Below, in pieces: positions 62,740 through 64,000 of a DNA stretch of 64,000 bases; the first letter of the stretch is position 1, and the number at the start of each line of letters is the position of its first letter. The notes under the pieces are model-generated. The model saw nothing but the letters and a program-made list of their open reading frames with translations, did no database searches and had not been told where the DNA came from. This DNA is from a virus: IMG/VR virus record IMGVR_UViG_3300022226_000005, positions 3,140 through 67,139 of that record. The stretch is one strand, 5' to 3'. A program made the position numbers and the translations under genes.

Positions 62740-63357
62740 ATGGCAAAGTACGTATCAATCATTGAACGGCGAGTCGCCACCACTAAGGGAACTACGCTCC
62801 TCTTCAAGCCGATGGAACCTCTCGAAGTACCCGAGATCATCGTGCCCGAGGTGCTTGCGGCAGGGATTGTCCGCGAAGACTTGTTCAAAGCCGCGATGAG
62901 CGGTCAACTCAAAGCAAACGACGAAGCCCTCGTGGCCGCGTCGCTCAGAGCGCAGGCTGTCGAGGGCGGTATAACCGCTGACGAAGAGCCCGTAATTAGC
63001 GAAGAAGATGCCTTCGACACTATTGCTGCTGAGCTCGCCCTGCATAAACAGGAAGAGCAAGAAAAAGACGAAGCTGTTCGTCTGGCAGAACTGGAGGCCG
63101 CAGCCGACGCCGAAGCAGAGGCTTCGCGCGAAGCACGTGGCACTTCGAAGGAAGAGGACGCCGCTTTCCTGGAGTCGGAAAAAAGCCCCGTATTCGATCA
63201 GGCAGTATTTGAAGCAGGCGTGCGGGAACTCATCGCGAAAAACGACCCCGCAACACTTACACCCAAGGGAGCACCGAAGGCGAAAGTATTGTCTGATCTC
63301 GTAGGCTTCGAGGTTCACGCAATACAAATCACGAACTTCCTTAAAAACCTGGAATAG
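62740..63357 (+). CDS. Hypothetical virion-associated protein
   Basis: GGAG SD; Glu/Ala-rich middle, TPKGAPK motif. Confidence 0.7.
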   Translation: MAKYVSIIERRVATTKGTTLLFKPMEPLEVPEIIVPEVLAAGIVREDLFKAAMSGQLKANDEALVAASLRAQAVEGGITADEEPVISEEDAFDTIAAELALHKQEEQEKDEAVRLAELEAAADAEAEASREARGTSKEEDAAFLESEKSPVFDQAVFEAGVRELIAKNDPATLTPKGAPKAKVLSDLVGFEVHAIQITNFLKNLE

Positions 63358-63360
63358 TAA

Positions 63361-64000
63361 ATGCAAGGCAGCGTAGTTATCGATAGAGCGCAAAGGATTC
63401 TCAACGACACCACCGCTGTTCGATGGCCCGCTGCCGATCTTCTGGACTGGCTTAACGAGGGGCAAAAGGCGGCAGTTCGCATTGCCCCCGAAGCCTACAC
63501 GGTTACCGCGAACGTACAGCTGGCTACTGGTGCCCGACAGAACTTGGTTACCATAGCCGCTGCAGCAGCTGTTGAGGTGCCGCTTCGCCTCATTGAAATT
63601 ACCCGCAACGTCACCGACGCCACCGGTTTCCCCGCTTTGCGGGCGATCCGCATGGTAAACCGCAGGGCACTCGACCAAGCGAATCCGGACTGGCCGACTG
63701 ACGCTACCAACGCACTCGTCGAGAACTACATGTTCGATTCGCGCAACCCAAAAGAATTCTTTGTTTATCCGCCGCAACCCGCAGCGGGCCAAGGCTTCGT
63801 GGAGGTTATATATTCGGCGGAGCCGACTGACCTCACGGCCGATACCGACCCGATTGCTCTGGACGATGCGTTCGCCCCCGCGCTTGTAGACTATATCGTG
63901 CATCGCGCCCTTAGCACTGACGCTGAGTACGGCTCTAACCCGGCCCGAGTCGCGCAGCACTTTAACCAGTTTATGGGCGCTATGACGCAAAAGACGCAGA
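63361..64000 (+). CDS. Head-tail adaptor-like protein (DUF6682-like), 3'-truncated
   Basis: Open to window end: AQRILND..VRWP..LLDWLNEGQ, LDQANPDW, YMFD.RNP..FFVYP, ALVDYIVHRAL. Confidence 0.8.
   Translation, partial: MQGSVVIDRAQRILNDTTAVRWPAADLLDWLNEGQKAAVRIAPEAYTVTANVQLATGARQNLVTIAAAAAVEVPLRLIEITRNVTDATGFPALRAIRMVNRRALDQANPDWPTDATNALVENYMFDSRNPKEFFVYPPQPAAGQGFVEVIYSAEPTDLTADTDPIALDDAFAPALVDYIVHRALSTDAEYGSNPARVAQHFNQFMGAMTQKTQ

Noticed and set aside
62755-63990. 411-aa minus-strand ORF
   Set aside because: Antisense to two well-supported head genes; no motifs or SD
1-64000. Stop-codon reassignment
   Set aside because: Core genes are full length in the standard code; no suppressor tRNA found

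Overview
The window is most of the genome of a tailed dsDNA phage with podovirus-like architecture, probably lytic and infecting a Gram-negative (likely gammaproteobacterial) host. No integrase, repressor or RNA polymerase is visible. Both ends cut through genes, so the genome is longer than 64 kb and probably permuted here. Plus-strand late arm: terS-terL-portal-scaffold-major capsid-head completion (54.3-64 kb), then tail fibre, gp38-like adhesin, an enzyme cassette, internal/ejection proteins, large structural proteins and lysis genes (1-24.4 kb). Minus-strand early/middle arm (53.8 to 24.5 kb): family A DNA polymerase, primase-helicase, SNF2 helicase, PD-(D/E)XK nucleases, C5-methyltransferase-like protein, MoxR AAA/VWA module, many small ORFs and four tRNA or tRNA-like genes. 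Most unusual observations: (1) a miniature SspA (stringent starvation protein A) homologue retaining the PHP motif, overlapping an AP2 DNA-binding gene; (2) two SPOUT-like methyltransferase paralogues, one fused to a GNAT, flanking an amidoligase directly after the adhesin; (3) three non-canonical tRNAs plus a 102-nt intergenic RNA with a tRNA acceptor stem and T arm but a foreign core; (4) a ubiquitin-like protein among structural genes; (5) an SNase-like domain on a likely ejection protein; (6) a PagP-like outer-membrane barrel; (7) an iteron/IHF/Fur-box-like region sharing motifs with the putative packaging end. All family calls come from recognising motifs by eye, not from database searches.
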